Assembly (NCBI GenBank): GCA_964534375.1
Contig: CAZHPN010000138.1
Span: 1 to 17,015 of the forward strand
Source of the DNA: an uncultured bacterium
Lineage (GTDB): Bacteria > Lernaellota > Lernaellaia > Lernaellales > Lernaellaceae
Reading direction: 5' to 3'
DNA length: 17,015 nt
Part shown: positions 1-9,900 of the stretch, piece after piece
How the letters are laid out: every line of letters starts with the position of its first letter
How positions within the stretch are numbered: the first letter of the stretch is position 1
The notes under the pieces: generated by a model
Seen by the model: the letters and a program-made list of their open reading frames with translations, nothing else
Told to the model about the DNA's origin: nothing
Databases searched by the model: none
Made by a program: the position numbers and the translations under genes

Positions 1-291
<291 letters not shown>

Positions 292-294
292 AAG

Positions 295-363
295 AGTGGT
301 CAGCGGCCAGTGGTCAGCAACCGGCCGCGCATGCTGGCCACTAGCCACTAGCCACTGACCACT
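295..363. repeat. Inverted arrays of 7-bp tandem repeats (potential hairpin) in the mreB-mreC spacer
   Basis: Left arm AGTGGTC AGCGGCC AGTGGTC AGC (295-318); 14-nt spacer; right arm GCT GGCCACT AGCCACT AGCCACT GACCACT (333-363), made of the reverse-complement unit. Confidence 0.85.
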
Positions 364-373
364 TTGGGTGCCC

Positions 374-1213
374 ATGTTTCGCTTCATCGCCCAACATCGC
401 GTGCTGTTCCTGGTCTTGCTGCTGATCCTGATCGGCCTGCAACTGCTCACGACCGGCCTCAAGCACAAAACCGACGTGGGCTTCTTCGGCAAGGTCGCCC
501 TCGCCGTGTATTCGCCCGTGTATCAAATTCTGTCGTGGCCGTTCCGCTTCGTCGCCGGCGGCCTGGGCGACTACCTGTGGCTCGTCCACGTCAAACGCGA
601 CAACGCCGATCTGCGCCGGCAAAACAACGCCCTGCGCGGCGCCACGACCGAGTGCGTCGAGTTGCGCGCCGAAAATGAGCGTTTGCACAAGCTGCTCCAT
701 ATGCCGACGACCGACCTGCCGCCGGTGGCGAACGCGCGGGTCGTCGGCCGCAGCGACCGCGCCGGCTTCCATATTGCGCTGCTCGACGCCGGCACGCGCC
801 GCGGCGTCGCCAAAGGCATGCCCGTCGTCGCGCCGGAGGGCGTGGTCGGTTTCGTCGCCGCGGCGACGATCAACGCCTCGAAGGTGGTGCTGATCACCGA
901 CGCCAGCGCGCGCGTCGACGTCATCCTGCAACGGACGCGCCGCCGCGCCGTGCTCTTCGGCCGCGGCCGCGATCTCTGCTCGCTGGAATACCTGGACGCC
1001 GACGCCGACGTCGCCGAGGGCGATCTGCTCGTCACGTCCGGCGCCGACGGCGTGTTCCCCAAGGGCCTCGCGGTCGGCTCGGTGAAGAGCGTTTCCCGCG
1101 GCAATTTCGGCGTCGTGATGGCGGTGGAGGCGGCGCCGGCGGTCACGTTCGCGCGACTGGAAGACGTGACCGTGCTGGCCCGCCGCGCGGACGGCCTGGA
1201 GCTGCTGCCGTGA
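374..1213 (+). CDS. mreC: Rod shape-determining protein MreC
   Basis: N-terminal TM helix, coiled coil (ELRAENERLHKLL), GMPVVAPEGVVG, GDLLVTSGADGVFPKGLAVG. ATG at 374 preferred (GTG at 368 is the alternative). Syntenic with mreB and mreD. Confidence 0.95.
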   Translation: MFRFIAQHRVLFLVLLLILIGLQLLTTGLKHKTDVGFFGKVALAVYSPVYQILSWPFRFVAGGLGDYLWLVHVKRDNADLRRQNNALRGATTECVELRAENERLHKLLHMPTTDLPPVANARVVGRSDRAGFHIALLDAGTRRGVAKGMPVVAPEGVVGFVAAATINASKVVLITDASARVDVILQRTRRRAVLFGRGRDLCSLEYLDADADVAEGDLLVTSGADGVFPKGLAVGSVKSVSRGNFGVVMAVEAAPAVTFARLEDVTVLARRADGLELLP

Positions 1214-1734
1214 AAAAGCTGCTGGCCTATCTCGCCGCCGGCCTGTTGGCGCTGGTCGTGCAGGCGCTGTGGCGCACGGTTTTTCACGCCGGCTCGGGCC
1301 CGGAATTCCTGTTCCTGCTGGTGATTTTTTCCGGCATTCATCACCGCCTCTTCGGCGGCCTGCTGCTGGCGTTCGTCTTCGGCTACATCGTCGACGCGCT
1401 CTGGGGGTTGATGCCGGGCCTGTTCGCCGTGCTTTACGCCGCCACGTTCGCGGCCTGCCGGCTGATCGGCCGCCGCTTCTACCAGCGCAGCTTCGCGTTC
1501 CAGTTGTTCATCGTGGGCGCGGCGACGCTGGCGCTGAAAATCGTCGAAAGCGTCGTCGTCACCTGGGTCGAGGCGCGGGCCGATTCGCCGTTGACAATGC
1601 TTTGGCAGGCTTGGCCGGCGGTGTTCTGGAATCTTGCGCTCGCGGCGCCGGCGATGGTGGCGTACGAGCGCTTGGAAAAATCCTTTGCCGACGAATATGC
1701 CAGCCAGTTCCTTGTGCGCCGGGGCATTCTGTAA
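1210..1734 (+). CDS. mreD: Rod shape-determining membrane protein MreD
   Basis: 174-aa, highly hydrophobic multi-TM protein with GLLLAFVFGYIVDAL...G motif. GTGA overlap with mreC; sits between mreC and mrdA. Confidence 0.88.
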   Translation: MKKLLAYLAAGLLALVVQALWRTVFHAGSGPEFLFLLVIFSGIHHRLFGGLLLAFVFGYIVDALWGLMPGLFAVLYAATFAACRLIGRRFYQRSFAFQLFIVGAATLALKIVESVVVTWVEARADSPLTMLWQAWPAVFWNLALAAPAMVAYERLEKSFADEYASQFLVRRGIL

Positions 1735-3614
1735 TGGTTCAGGACGCCGGCCCCCAGAAACTTCATCAGCGCGCCTTCGGCCGGCTGCTGGCGCTGGTCA
1801 CGGTCGTGTTCGCCATCCTGGCCGTGCGCCTGTGGCAACTGCAGATCGTCAAGGGGATGCAGTTCACCGAGCGCAGCGAAGCCAACCGCATGCGTTCGTA
1901 CCGCATCGGCGGCCCGCGCGGCATGATCTACGACCGCAACGGCGAAATGCTCGTCGACAACCGCCCGTCGTTCAGCCTCATTTTCAACCCGGCGGCGATC
2001 GCCGAAAAAGCGCGCCAGAAATTCTTGGAGACGATTTGCCGCGAGGTTGCTTGCGACGTCGAAGTGGCGCAGACGCGCCTGAGCCGGCGGACCGGCGCGA
2101 TCACGCTCAAGGAAGAGTTGACCCGCGACGAGGTGGCGCGTGTCGAAGCGTTGGGCATGTTCTACGAAGGCGCGGAGTATCCGTTGTCGGTCGAGAAAGT
2201 CGGCAAACGCATCTTCAAGTATGGCCCGCTGTTCGCCCACACGATCGGCTACACCGGCGAAATCGACCAGGTCCGTTTGAGCGAGCCGGCCTACGCCGGC
2301 TATCAACCCGGCGACCGCGTCGGGCAGTCGGGCGTCGAGGCCTCGTATGAAGCGTTCCTCCGCGGGGAATTCGGCAAGCTGAAAGTCGAGGAAAATGCTC
2401 GCGGGATGCGCATCCGCTCGCTCGAATTCACCCCCGCTTCGCCCGGCAACAGCCTCGTGCTCAACATCGACCTGGATCTGCAGAAAACCGCCGCGCGCGC
2501 TCTCGCCGGCCAGTCCGGCGCGGTGGTCGCGCTCGATCCGCGCAACGGCCACGTGCTGGCGATCTACAACGCGCCGTCGTTCGATCCGGATTTGTTCACG
2601 CGGCCGCTGGACAAAAAAGACTGGGACGCGCTGTCCGGCGATCCGCGGCATCCGCTGCAAAACAAGGCGATCGCCGGCCTGTACCCGCCGGGCTCGACGT
2701 TCAAGGTGGTCGCGGCGCTGGCCGGTTTGCAGGAAGGCGAGATCAACGCCTCGACGATTTATTATTGCGAGGGCAAATGGAAATACGGCGAACGGGTCTT
2801 TCGTTGCCACAACGAGCACGGCCACGGCGCGATGACCGTCGTGCCCAGCCTCATCCATAGCTGCGACGTATTCTATTACAAATTGTCCGACAAACTGGGC
2901 ATCGAACGGCTCGCCAAGTACGCGCGCATGCTCGGCGTCGGCCGCAAATCCGGCATCGACATCCCCGGCGAGCAGGAAGGCCTGATGCCCGAACCGGAAT
3001 GGAAAACCCGCGTCTACCAAAAGGCTTGGTTGCCCGGCGAAACGTTGATCACCTCGATCGGCCAGGGCTCGGTGGTGATGACCCCGCTGCAGTTGGCGTC
3101 GCTGTACGCCGCCATCGCCAACAAGGGCACGCTGTACCAACCGCAGATCGTCGGCAAGATCACCGCCCCGAATGGCGCGGTGATCCGCGAGATCGCGCCG
3201 GTGGTCGCCGGCCGCGTCGACGTCAAACCCGAACATTTCGCCCTCGTGCGGCAGGGACTGCTGGGCGTTTTCAACGAACCGGGCGGCACGGCCTACAGCG
3301 TGCGCTTGAAAAGCCTGCTCGTCGCCGGCAAGACCGGCACCGCGCAGGTGCGCCGCATGGGCAAGACCAGCACGCACGGCGGCGGCCCCTACGAATTCCG
3401 CGATCACGCCTGGATTGCCTGCTATGCGCCGGCCGACGACCCCGAGATCGTCGTCGTCGCGCTGGTCGAACACGGCGGCTTCGGCGGCCACACGGCCGGA
3501 CCGGTCGCGATGCAGGTGGTCGCCAAATACGCCCAAAAGAGGTTAAAACTGGATCAGGCGCCGACGGAAGCGGAAGCGCTGAAAGGAACCGCCGAGCATG
3601 CGGACGCAGAGTAA
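1734..3614 (+). CDS. mrdA: Penicillin-binding protein 2 (class B transpeptidase)
   Basis: Start at ATG 1734 overlapping the mreD TAA (TAATG). TM then RLWQLQI, PRGMIYDRNG, YPPGSTFK (SxxK), SCDVFYY (SxD), AGKTGTAQV (KTG), DHAW. Confidence 0.96.
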   Translation: MVQDAGPQKLHQRAFGRLLALVTVVFAILAVRLWQLQIVKGMQFTERSEANRMRSYRIGGPRGMIYDRNGEMLVDNRPSFSLIFNPAAIAEKARQKFLETICREVACDVEVAQTRLSRRTGAITLKEELTRDEVARVEALGMFYEGAEYPLSVEKVGKRIFKYGPLFAHTIGYTGEIDQVRLSEPAYAGYQPGDRVGQSGVEASYEAFLRGEFGKLKVEENARGMRIRSLEFTPASPGNSLVLNIDLDLQKTAARALAGQSGAVVALDPRNGHVLAIYNAPSFDPDLFTRPLDKKDWDALSGDPRHPLQNKAIAGLYPPGSTFKVVAALAGLQEGEINASTIYYCEGKWKYGERVFRCHNEHGHGAMTVVPSLIHSCDVFYYKLSDKLGIERLAKYARMLGVGRKSGIDIPGEQEGLMPEPEWKTRVYQKAWLPGETLITSIGQGSVVMTPLQLASLYAAIANKGTLYQPQIVGKITAPNGAVIREIAPVVAGRVDVKPEHFALVRQGLLGVFNEPGGTAYSVRLKSLLVAGKTGTAQVRRMGKTSTHGGGPYEFRDHAWIACYAPADDPEIVVVALVEHGGFGGHTAGPVAMQVVAKYAQKRLKLDQAPTEAEALKGTAEHADAE

Positions 3615-4755
3615 GACCGCCACCGTCTACCAGAGCCCGGACCGCAAGTTCACGGGCCGCATCGATCGCCGGCTGATCGCCAATTTCAATTGGACGCTGC
3701 TGGCGATTTTCGCCCTGATCCTGATCGCCGGCCTCGCCAATCTCTACAGCGCCACGCGGCAGGACGTGCACCACGACAATCGCTTCCTGCTGCAGCTCGT
3801 CTGGATTTTCGTCGGGCTGGTGCTGATGGCGCTCGCCTTTTCGATCAATTATCAGCTTTACAAAAACGCCGCGTTTTACGTGTTCGCCGCGGCGTTGCTG
3901 ATGCTGGCGGCGACGTTCGTCATGGGCTACGTCGCGCACGGCGCCAAACGCTGGCTGATCCTCGGGCCCGTGCGCTTCCAACCGAGCGAGCTGGCGAAAC
4001 TGGCGGTCGTGCTCGCCCTCGCCCGGTTCTTCGCTGAGAACCCGACCGACGAAGGCATGGGCCTGTCGGACCTGCGCTGGCCGCTGGCGATCGCCGGGGC
4101 GCCGATCGCCCTGGTGCTGATCCAGCCCGACCTCGGCACGGCGATCATGCTGGCGTTCATCGCCGCGACGATGATTCTGTTCGTCGGCGTGCGGCCGCGG
4201 GTGTTGCTCGGCGCCGGCCTCGCCGCGGCGGCCGCGGCCCCGGCGATGTATTTCTTCGTGCTCAAGGAATTTCAGCAGAAGCGCATCCGTACGCTGTTCG
4301 ACCCGAGCCTCGACCCGCACGGCGCCGGCTACCATATTCAACAGTCGCTGATCGCCATCGGCTCCGGTCAGTTGTTCGGCAAGGGCTGGGGCCACGGCAC
4401 GCAGGCCAGCCTCGAATTCCTGCCCGAGAAACACACCGATTTCATCTTTTCGGTGCTCGCCGAGGAATGGGGCTTTGTCGGCGGCCTGATCGCGTTGGCG
4501 CTGTTCTTCGCGCTGATCGTCTGGTGCATCAACATCGCCATGGAATCGAAAGACCATTTCGGCTGCCTGCTGGGCGTCGGGCTCGCCGCCTTCATCTTCT
4601 GGCACGTCGCCGTCAACATCGGGATGGTGCTCGGCATCCTGCCCGTCGTCGGCGTGCCGCTGCCCTTCATGTCATACGGCCGGACGTCGCTGCTGACGAT
4701 GATGATCGCCGTGGGCATGCTGCTGAACATCTCCAGCCGGCGGTATATGTTTTAG
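3598..4755 (+). CDS. rodA: Rod shape-determining SEDS glycosyltransferase RodA
   Basis: GAKRW, FQPSELAK, QPDLGTA, GYHIQQSLIAIGSG, FLPEKHTDFIFSV, GVPLPFMSYG. Follows mrdA. Exact start codon uncertain. Confidence 0.96.
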   Translation: MRTQSKTATVYQSPDRKFTGRIDRRLIANFNWTLLAIFALILIAGLANLYSATRQDVHHDNRFLLQLVWIFVGLVLMALAFSINYQLYKNAAFYVFAAALLMLAATFVMGYVAHGAKRWLILGPVRFQPSELAKLAVVLALARFFAENPTDEGMGLSDLRWPLAIAGAPIALVLIQPDLGTAIMLAFIAATMILFVGVRPRVLLGAGLAAAAAAPAMYFFVLKEFQQKRIRTLFDPSLDPHGAGYHIQQSLIAIGSGQLFGKGWGHGTQASLEFLPEKHTDFIFSVLAEEWGFVGGLIALALFFALIVWCINIAMESKDHFGCLLGVGLAAFIFWHVAVNIGMVLGILPVVGVPLPFMSYGRTSLLTMMIAVGMLLNISSRRYMF

Positions 4756-4757
4756 GG

Positions 4758-4785
4758 CAGACGTCAGAAGTCGGAAGTCGGAATG
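4758..4785. repeat. 7-bp tandem repeat (CRGAAGT-like x4) directly after the rodA stop
   Basis: CAGACGT CAGAAGT CGGAAGT CGGAATG. Confidence 0.7.
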
Positions 4786-4802
4786 GCGTGGCAACCCGCT
4801 TG

Positions 4803-4822
4803 CGGCGCCGTTGCCGGCGCCG
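4803..4822. terminator. GC hairpin between convergent genes, possible terminator or RNA-stability element
   Basis: CGGCGCCG-TTGC-CGGCGCCG gives an 8-bp stem. There is no clear U-tract on either strand, so terminator function is uncertain. Confidence 0.3.
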
Positions 4823-4839
4823 GAATGAGCGAGCGGCCA

Positions 4840-4867
4840 ATCGCTGTTCACTGTTCACTGTTCGCTG
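4840..4867. repeat. 7-bp tandem repeat (TTCACTG-like x4) overlapping the 3' end of the SGNH gene
   Basis: ATCGCTG TTCACTG TTCACTG TTCGCTG. The same unit recurs at 15847-15881. Confidence 0.8.
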
Positions 4868-5963
4868 ACCGCAGGTACTCCGGGTGTTCTCGCAGAATGT
4901 CGCGCAGCGCGTTGGCGACGATTTCCGTCGCCAGCCGATTGGGGTGCGTGGCGTCGTTGCAGGTGGTGTACGTCGCCGCCGGATTGGGCGTCTGGGCGCC
5001 GAACGCGGCGCGGCGCTCGGCATAATCGCGCACAAAATAAGGGGAGAGTCGAAAGACGGCGATGTGGCTCTCTTGGCCCAGGCGCTCGATCTCCGTTTCG
5101 CCGGTCGCCGGCACGAGATTGTCGGCTTCATTCGTCAACGGGCGCGATTGCACTTCGAATATATCCGTTTTCGAAAAATACGGCCAAAAAGCGATAAAGG
5201 CTTTGAAGTGATATTCGTCGGCCAGGCGCCGCAGCCGCGGCAAGCCGCCGCCGGCCCGGTACGCCGCCAGCAGGTTCAGGTGTTCCGCCCTCATGCGGCG
5301 ACGAACGATGAGGTAGCGGAACAAATGCGACCGGTACGCCCATTTGAGCGGGACAATTCCGAACGGCGCGCGAAAATAATGGCCGATCTGCGAATTGACG
5401 AAGACAAAATCGTGCCGTTCGAACAACAAGATCACGAGGTCGGGCGAATATTTCACGCCTTTGGTCGCCAGCAACTCCAGTTCGCTGACCAGGCCGTAGC
5501 CGCCAATGCCCATGTTCAACACCTCGATCGACGACGGATCGAGTTTCGTTTCGAGTTTGCGCGAAATCGTGTCGTTCAGGTCTTCCACGCCGTGAGCCGA
5601 GACGTCGGAGTCGCCCAGCAGGATAATGCGTCGGATGCCCGGCGGCTTTTCCCACGTGCGCTCCACATCGCGCTGCCCGTGCGAATTGATGAACGGAAAC
5701 GACTCCTGCAGATCCGGGTGATCGTGGTCCTGGTAGCCGTTCTTGAACACGTAGCCAAGCAGCGGGTTGTCCGAGAGTTGAAACGCCGATTTCGACTTCG
5801 CCGTGTCGATGATCGCGACGTGCCCGGCGAGCCCGGCCCGCCGCACCGCGAATTCGGCGAGCGCGAGACCCACGAGCGTCGCCGCGAGCACGAGCGCCAG
5901 CAGCGCCGGCAGCAGGCGCAGACGCACGCCGAAAACATGCCGGGGCGCGCTGCGACGCGCCAT
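4848..5963 (-). CDS. Membrane-anchored SGNH/GDSL hydrolase-like protein
   Basis: N-terminal TM ending LAEFAVR; INSHGQRD; block I RIILLGDS; block II VLNMGIGGY; block III PDLVILLFERHD; block V DATHPN. ATG directly follows the upstream gene's TAA. Confidence 0.8.
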   Translation of the reverse strand: MARRSAPRHVFGVRLRLLPALLALVLAATLVGLALAEFAVRRAGLAGHVAIIDTAKSKSAFQLSDNPLLGYVFKNGYQDHDHPDLQESFPFINSHGQRDVERTWEKPPGIRRIILLGDSDVSAHGVEDLNDTISRKLETKLDPSSIEVLNMGIGGYGLVSELELLATKGVKYSPDLVILLFERHDFVFVNSQIGHYFRAPFGIVPLKWAYRSHLFRYLIVRRRMRAEHLNLLAAYRAGGGLPRLRRLADEYHFKAFIAFWPYFSKTDIFEVQSRPLTNEADNLVPATGETEIERLGQESHIAVFRLSPYFVRDYAERRAAFGAQTPNPAATYTTCNDATHPNRLATEIVANALRDILREHPEYLRSANSEQ

Positions 5964-6962
5964 TTACGGCTCCAGCGGCAAGGCGGCGCCGCATATGGCG
6001 CAACGCCCGTCCGCGGTCAGGCCGGCGCGGTCGACCGCGTAGCCGCGGCGGCGCACGGCGGCGGCGCCGCAGGCCGGGCACTGCGTATCCGCCGCGCCGG
6101 GAATGTTGATATTGCCGACGTAGACATAGCGCAATTTGGCGCGAGCGATCTCGGCGGCGCGCTCGAGCCGCGCGGCCGGCGTCGGCGGCGCGTCCCATTC
6201 GCGATTGGGATAATAGCGCGAGAGGTGCAGCGGCAGATCGGGCGAAACGCCGGCTTGCCACTCGACCAGTTCGGCGAGTTGCGCCTCGCTGTCGTTGGCG
6301 TCGGTCACCAGCAAATTGGTGGTCTCAACCCGCACGCCGGCGCGCCACGCGGCCTCGACGTTGCGGCGCACCGGCGCGAGGCGGCCGCCGGTCAGCCGGC
6401 GATAAAACGCGTCGTCGCCTTTGACGTCGACGTTCATCGCGTCGACGCAGCGGCACAGTTCGTCCCACGGCCCGGGTTCGAGGTAGCCGTTGGTGACCAG
6501 CACCGTCTTCAAGCCGCGGGCGCGCAGCAACGGGGCGCAGGCGAGAATGTACTCGAACCAGACCGTCGGCTCGTTGTAGGTGAACGCGAGGCCGAGCGAG
6601 CCGCGTTCGCCCGCGCGCGCGACGATCGTCTCGGGCGGCGCGTATTCCTCCGCCGCCCGGCCTTCCGACAAATGCCAGTTCTGGCAGTACTTGCACGACA
6701 GGTTGCAGCCGTTGGCCCCGATCGAAAAGATCGACGCGCCCGGGTGAAAATGGTGCAGCGGTTTTTTTTCGATCGGATCGAGCGCCGCGGCGGCGATCAG
6801 GCCGTACCGCGCCGCGATCAACTCGCCGCCGTCGTTGGCGCGGTGGCCGCAGAAGCCGGCCTCGCCGTCTTGAATGACGCAGTGGCGCGGGCAGAGTTCG
6901 CAACGGCAGACGCCGCCGGCGCGCGCCGTCTGAAAGCGGGCGATGAGGCGCGGCGGCTGCAT
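5964..6962 (-). CDS. amrS: AmmeMemoRadiSam system radical SAM enzyme (PFL-activating-enzyme-like)
   Basis: CELCPRHC...GFCGHR, DPIEKKPLHHFHPG, radical SAM GCNLSCKYCQNW (CxxxCxxC), FTYNEP, LVTNGY, YVYVGNI, C-terminal CPACG and CAICG. Start at ATG 6962 (MQPPRL), 8 bp after the upstream stop. Confidence 0.92.
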   Translation of the reverse strand: MQPPRLIARFQTARAGGVCRCELCPRHCVIQDGEAGFCGHRANDGGELIAARYGLIAAAALDPIEKKPLHHFHPGASIFSIGANGCNLSCKYCQNWHLSEGRAAEEYAPPETIVARAGERGSLGLAFTYNEPTVWFEYILACAPLLRARGLKTVLVTNGYLEPGPWDELCRCVDAMNVDVKGDDAFYRRLTGGRLAPVRRNVEAAWRAGVRVETTNLLVTDANDSEAQLAELVEWQAGVSPDLPLHLSRYYPNREWDAPPTPAARLERAAEIARAKLRYVYVGNINIPGAADTQCPACGAAAVRRRGYAVDRAGLTADGRCAICGAALPLEP

Positions 6963-6970
6963 TCCCCGGC

Positions 6971-9900
6971 TTATTCGGGCGCCGGCGCGCAGCAGCGGAA
7001 GCCGATCAGGTAGCTCTTGGAACTGGGCGCGGCCGACATCCGCACCGCGCACCGGGCGCCCCAGTCGGCGTCGTCGACGCCGCCGCCCTTGAGGATCGGC
7101 GAGCCCTGCCCCGGCGTTCCTGTCCATTCGCGCGCGGCGCCGGACATATCATAGATGCCGAAAGTCGAACGGCAGCCGGCCGCCTGCCCGGACGCGGTCA
7201 GGTAACGCTTCTGGCCGTCGGCGATCTGCGTCGCGCAGACGTTCGGCTTGTATTCGTTGCCGTACGGATACCGCTGATTGCCGGGCCCTTTGCAGGCGCG
7301 TTCCCATTCGGCTTCGGAGCACAGCCGCTTGCCCTGCGACTCGCAACTGGCCTCCGCATCCTGCCAGGCGATGTTTGTTTTCGGCGGCGCCCCCGGCTTG
7401 TTGGGATATTCGTAGAGATCCACGCAATACGCCTGGACGAGGGTTGGCGTGTTGGTTTTTTCGCCGGACGTGCGCAACGGGTCATCGGGCGAACTGCCCA
7501 TGCGGAACGAGCCGGCCGGGATGTAGCGCATGCCCGTCGGGCAGGTCTTGGCGACGGCCGCCGCGGGCGCCGGGACCGGCGTAGCCGCCGCCGCTTGTTC
7601 CTTCGCGCTCTGGGCCTTGGCGCGCAGCCCGGCGAGCGCGGCGTTGTTCGGGTCGGCGAGCAACCCGTCGTCGGCCGCGGCCATGGCGTTATCCCACTGC
7701 GAGTTCTTGATGCCGGTCTGCGCGTCCTGGGTCTGGCGGGCCACAATGTCCTTGCGCGCTTTGGCCGCCGCGTCGTTGGTCGGCTGAATCCGCTCCAAGT
7801 CCTCGATCGTCGACAGCGCGCAACTGCCGGCGGGCCTCACGTAGACTTTATGCTTGATGTACCACTGCAATTGGGTGGTCAGCTTGGCAAGCCGTTGCGG
7901 ATCGGGTTGGCTCCCCAACCCGGCCTGCGCCTTGGCAAGATATCCCGCGAAGGCGGCGTCGGTCGGGCGAATCTGCAAGCCCTGCTGCGCCAATTCAAGC
8001 GCCGGCGCATATTGCTGATTCGCCAGCGCCTGATCGGTGCGCGCGGCGAGATCCTTCAGCATCGTGCGGCGGGCTTGCTCCGGATAGGCGTTTTGCGCGT
8101 CGAGCTGTTCGATCTGTTTCACCAGCGCCAGCGCGTTTTCCGCCGCCGGTTTGACGTACTGCTTCGTGGCGATCAACCCGTCGGCCTGGGCGACCAGCGC
8201 CGCAATCTTTTCCGCCGCCGACGGCGCAGCCGGCGCAGCCGGCGCTTCGGGCGACGGCTCGGGCGCGGCGGCGGGCGGGGCCGCCTCGACGACGGGCGCG
8301 GGCGGCGGCGCTTTTTGCACGGGCGGCGGCGGATTCGCGCCGTTGAACCAGCCTTCCTGGTAGCCGAAAAATCCGGCGATCGCGGCGCCGGCGAGAACGA
8401 TGATGAGGGTCGCGACCCATAGCGCGCGGCGGCCGGTCGGTTTGGCGACGTGCTTCGGCGGTTCGATCCGTCTGGCCGGCGCTGGGGCGACGTACGGCGC
8501 GGGCGTTTCTTCCAGTTCCCTGGCCGATACATCCTTGTGGGCCAGCAAATCCACCAAATTGACCGGCTGGGACGCGGACGGCTGCGGCGCGCGACGGTCG
8601 TGCTTGAATTCGGCGGCAATGGCCGCCCCTTCGGCCTGCGCGTGTTCGACGGCGGAGAATTCCCGCGGCGCCGGCTCGGGCGCGATCGCCGGTTCGGCGG
8701 GCGGCTCGGCTTTCGCCGTCCATTCCTCGGCCGCGGGAGCTTCGGCGACAGATTCGGTTTCGGCGTCGATCTCCGGCGGCGCCGCGAGCGGCTCGAGCGG
8801 TTCGCCGAGCGCCTCTGCCAGCGGCGGCAGTTCTGGTTCCGGCGCGGTTTCGACCGTCGCTTTCAGCGGCGTCTCGATAGCCGGCGCCGGCTCGGGCTCC
8901 GGCGCAACCGGCTCGACGGCGTGCGCCAGCGCCTCGGATTCAACAACAGATTCCGGCGCGGCCGTCTCGATCTCCTCGGCGGGCAACTCGGCGGCCGGCG
9001 ACGCTTCGATTTCCGACGCGACAGGCTCGATGGCCTCCGCCGCCGCTTCGGACGCAACGACGGCTTCCGCCGCCTCCTCTGCCGGCGCGGCAAGCCACTC
9101 CGCGTCGAACGGCGTTTCGGGTTCCGACGGGGCCGGCTCGACGGTTTCCGCAAGCGGCGCGGTTTCCGCGGGAGTCTCGATTTCCGGCAAGGCCGGTTCG
9201 GCCACCGCCGCGATCGGCTCGGGGGCGACGACCGGCGCCGCCGCCTCGGTCGCTTCGGCGAGCCACGCCGCGTCGAACGGCGTTTCGGGTTTCGGCAAAA
9301 CCGGTTCGGCGGTTTCCGCCGGGAACGCGGACGGCTCGGCGGGCTCGGTCGTTGCGTCGACGCCGGGCAAGGCCGGCTGTTCGGTCGCCGGTTCGTCGAA
9401 CAAATGCTCGCCGAGTTGCCGGTCGGCCGGCGCGGGCATTTCCGGCGGCAATTCGGCCGGCGGTTCGAGCGACGGCAATGCGGATTCTTCGGCGAACAGC
9501 GGCTCGTCGACGGCGGGCGCCCGCGGCGGGGGCGTCGTGAGCGGCGCCTCTTCGCCGAACAGGCCGACGCCGGCTTCGGACAATTCCTGCGCCAACGCCT
9601 CGTTTTCGGCGGCCGACGGCTCGTGCGCCGCCGCGCCGGATTCGACATCGGCGAACATTTCGGCCGCCTCGGCCGCCGACGCGCCGACGTCCGCCGCGAC
9701 CTCCTCGAACGTCGCCGCGCCGCTTGCCGCTGTTTCCGCGACGGCGAAAACGCCCTCGCCGTTGGTCGGCGCCGCGCCGCGATCGAGCGCTTCGCTGCGG
9801 GCGATGGCGCCGTCGAGCAGATGCGCGAAGGCGGCGTCTTGCTCGGCGGGCCGCGCGGCAGCTTCGGCGCTGAGATCGACTGCCGGGACGGCGGGCGCCG

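Noticed and set aside
1269..1733. N-terminal extension of PBP2 in the ORF track (781 aa)
   Set aside because: Overlaps mreD out of frame. ATG 1734, coupled to the mreD stop, gives a normal PBP2 N-terminus. The track's extended starts at 7127, 10924, 11201 and 12765 were trimmed for similar reasons (overlap, RBS, coupling).
2860..2868. SxD instead of SxN in PBP2 motif 2
   Set aside because: SxD is the normal variant in MrdA/PBP2 proteins.
1479..4605. 685-aa and 444-aa - strand ORFs
   Set aside because: Antisense to mrdA and rodA, with no motifs.
4884..7013. 709-aa + strand ORF
   Set aside because: Antisense shadow of the SGNH and amrS genes, which have clear family motifs. It has no recognisable domain, and long shadow ORFs are expected at high GC.
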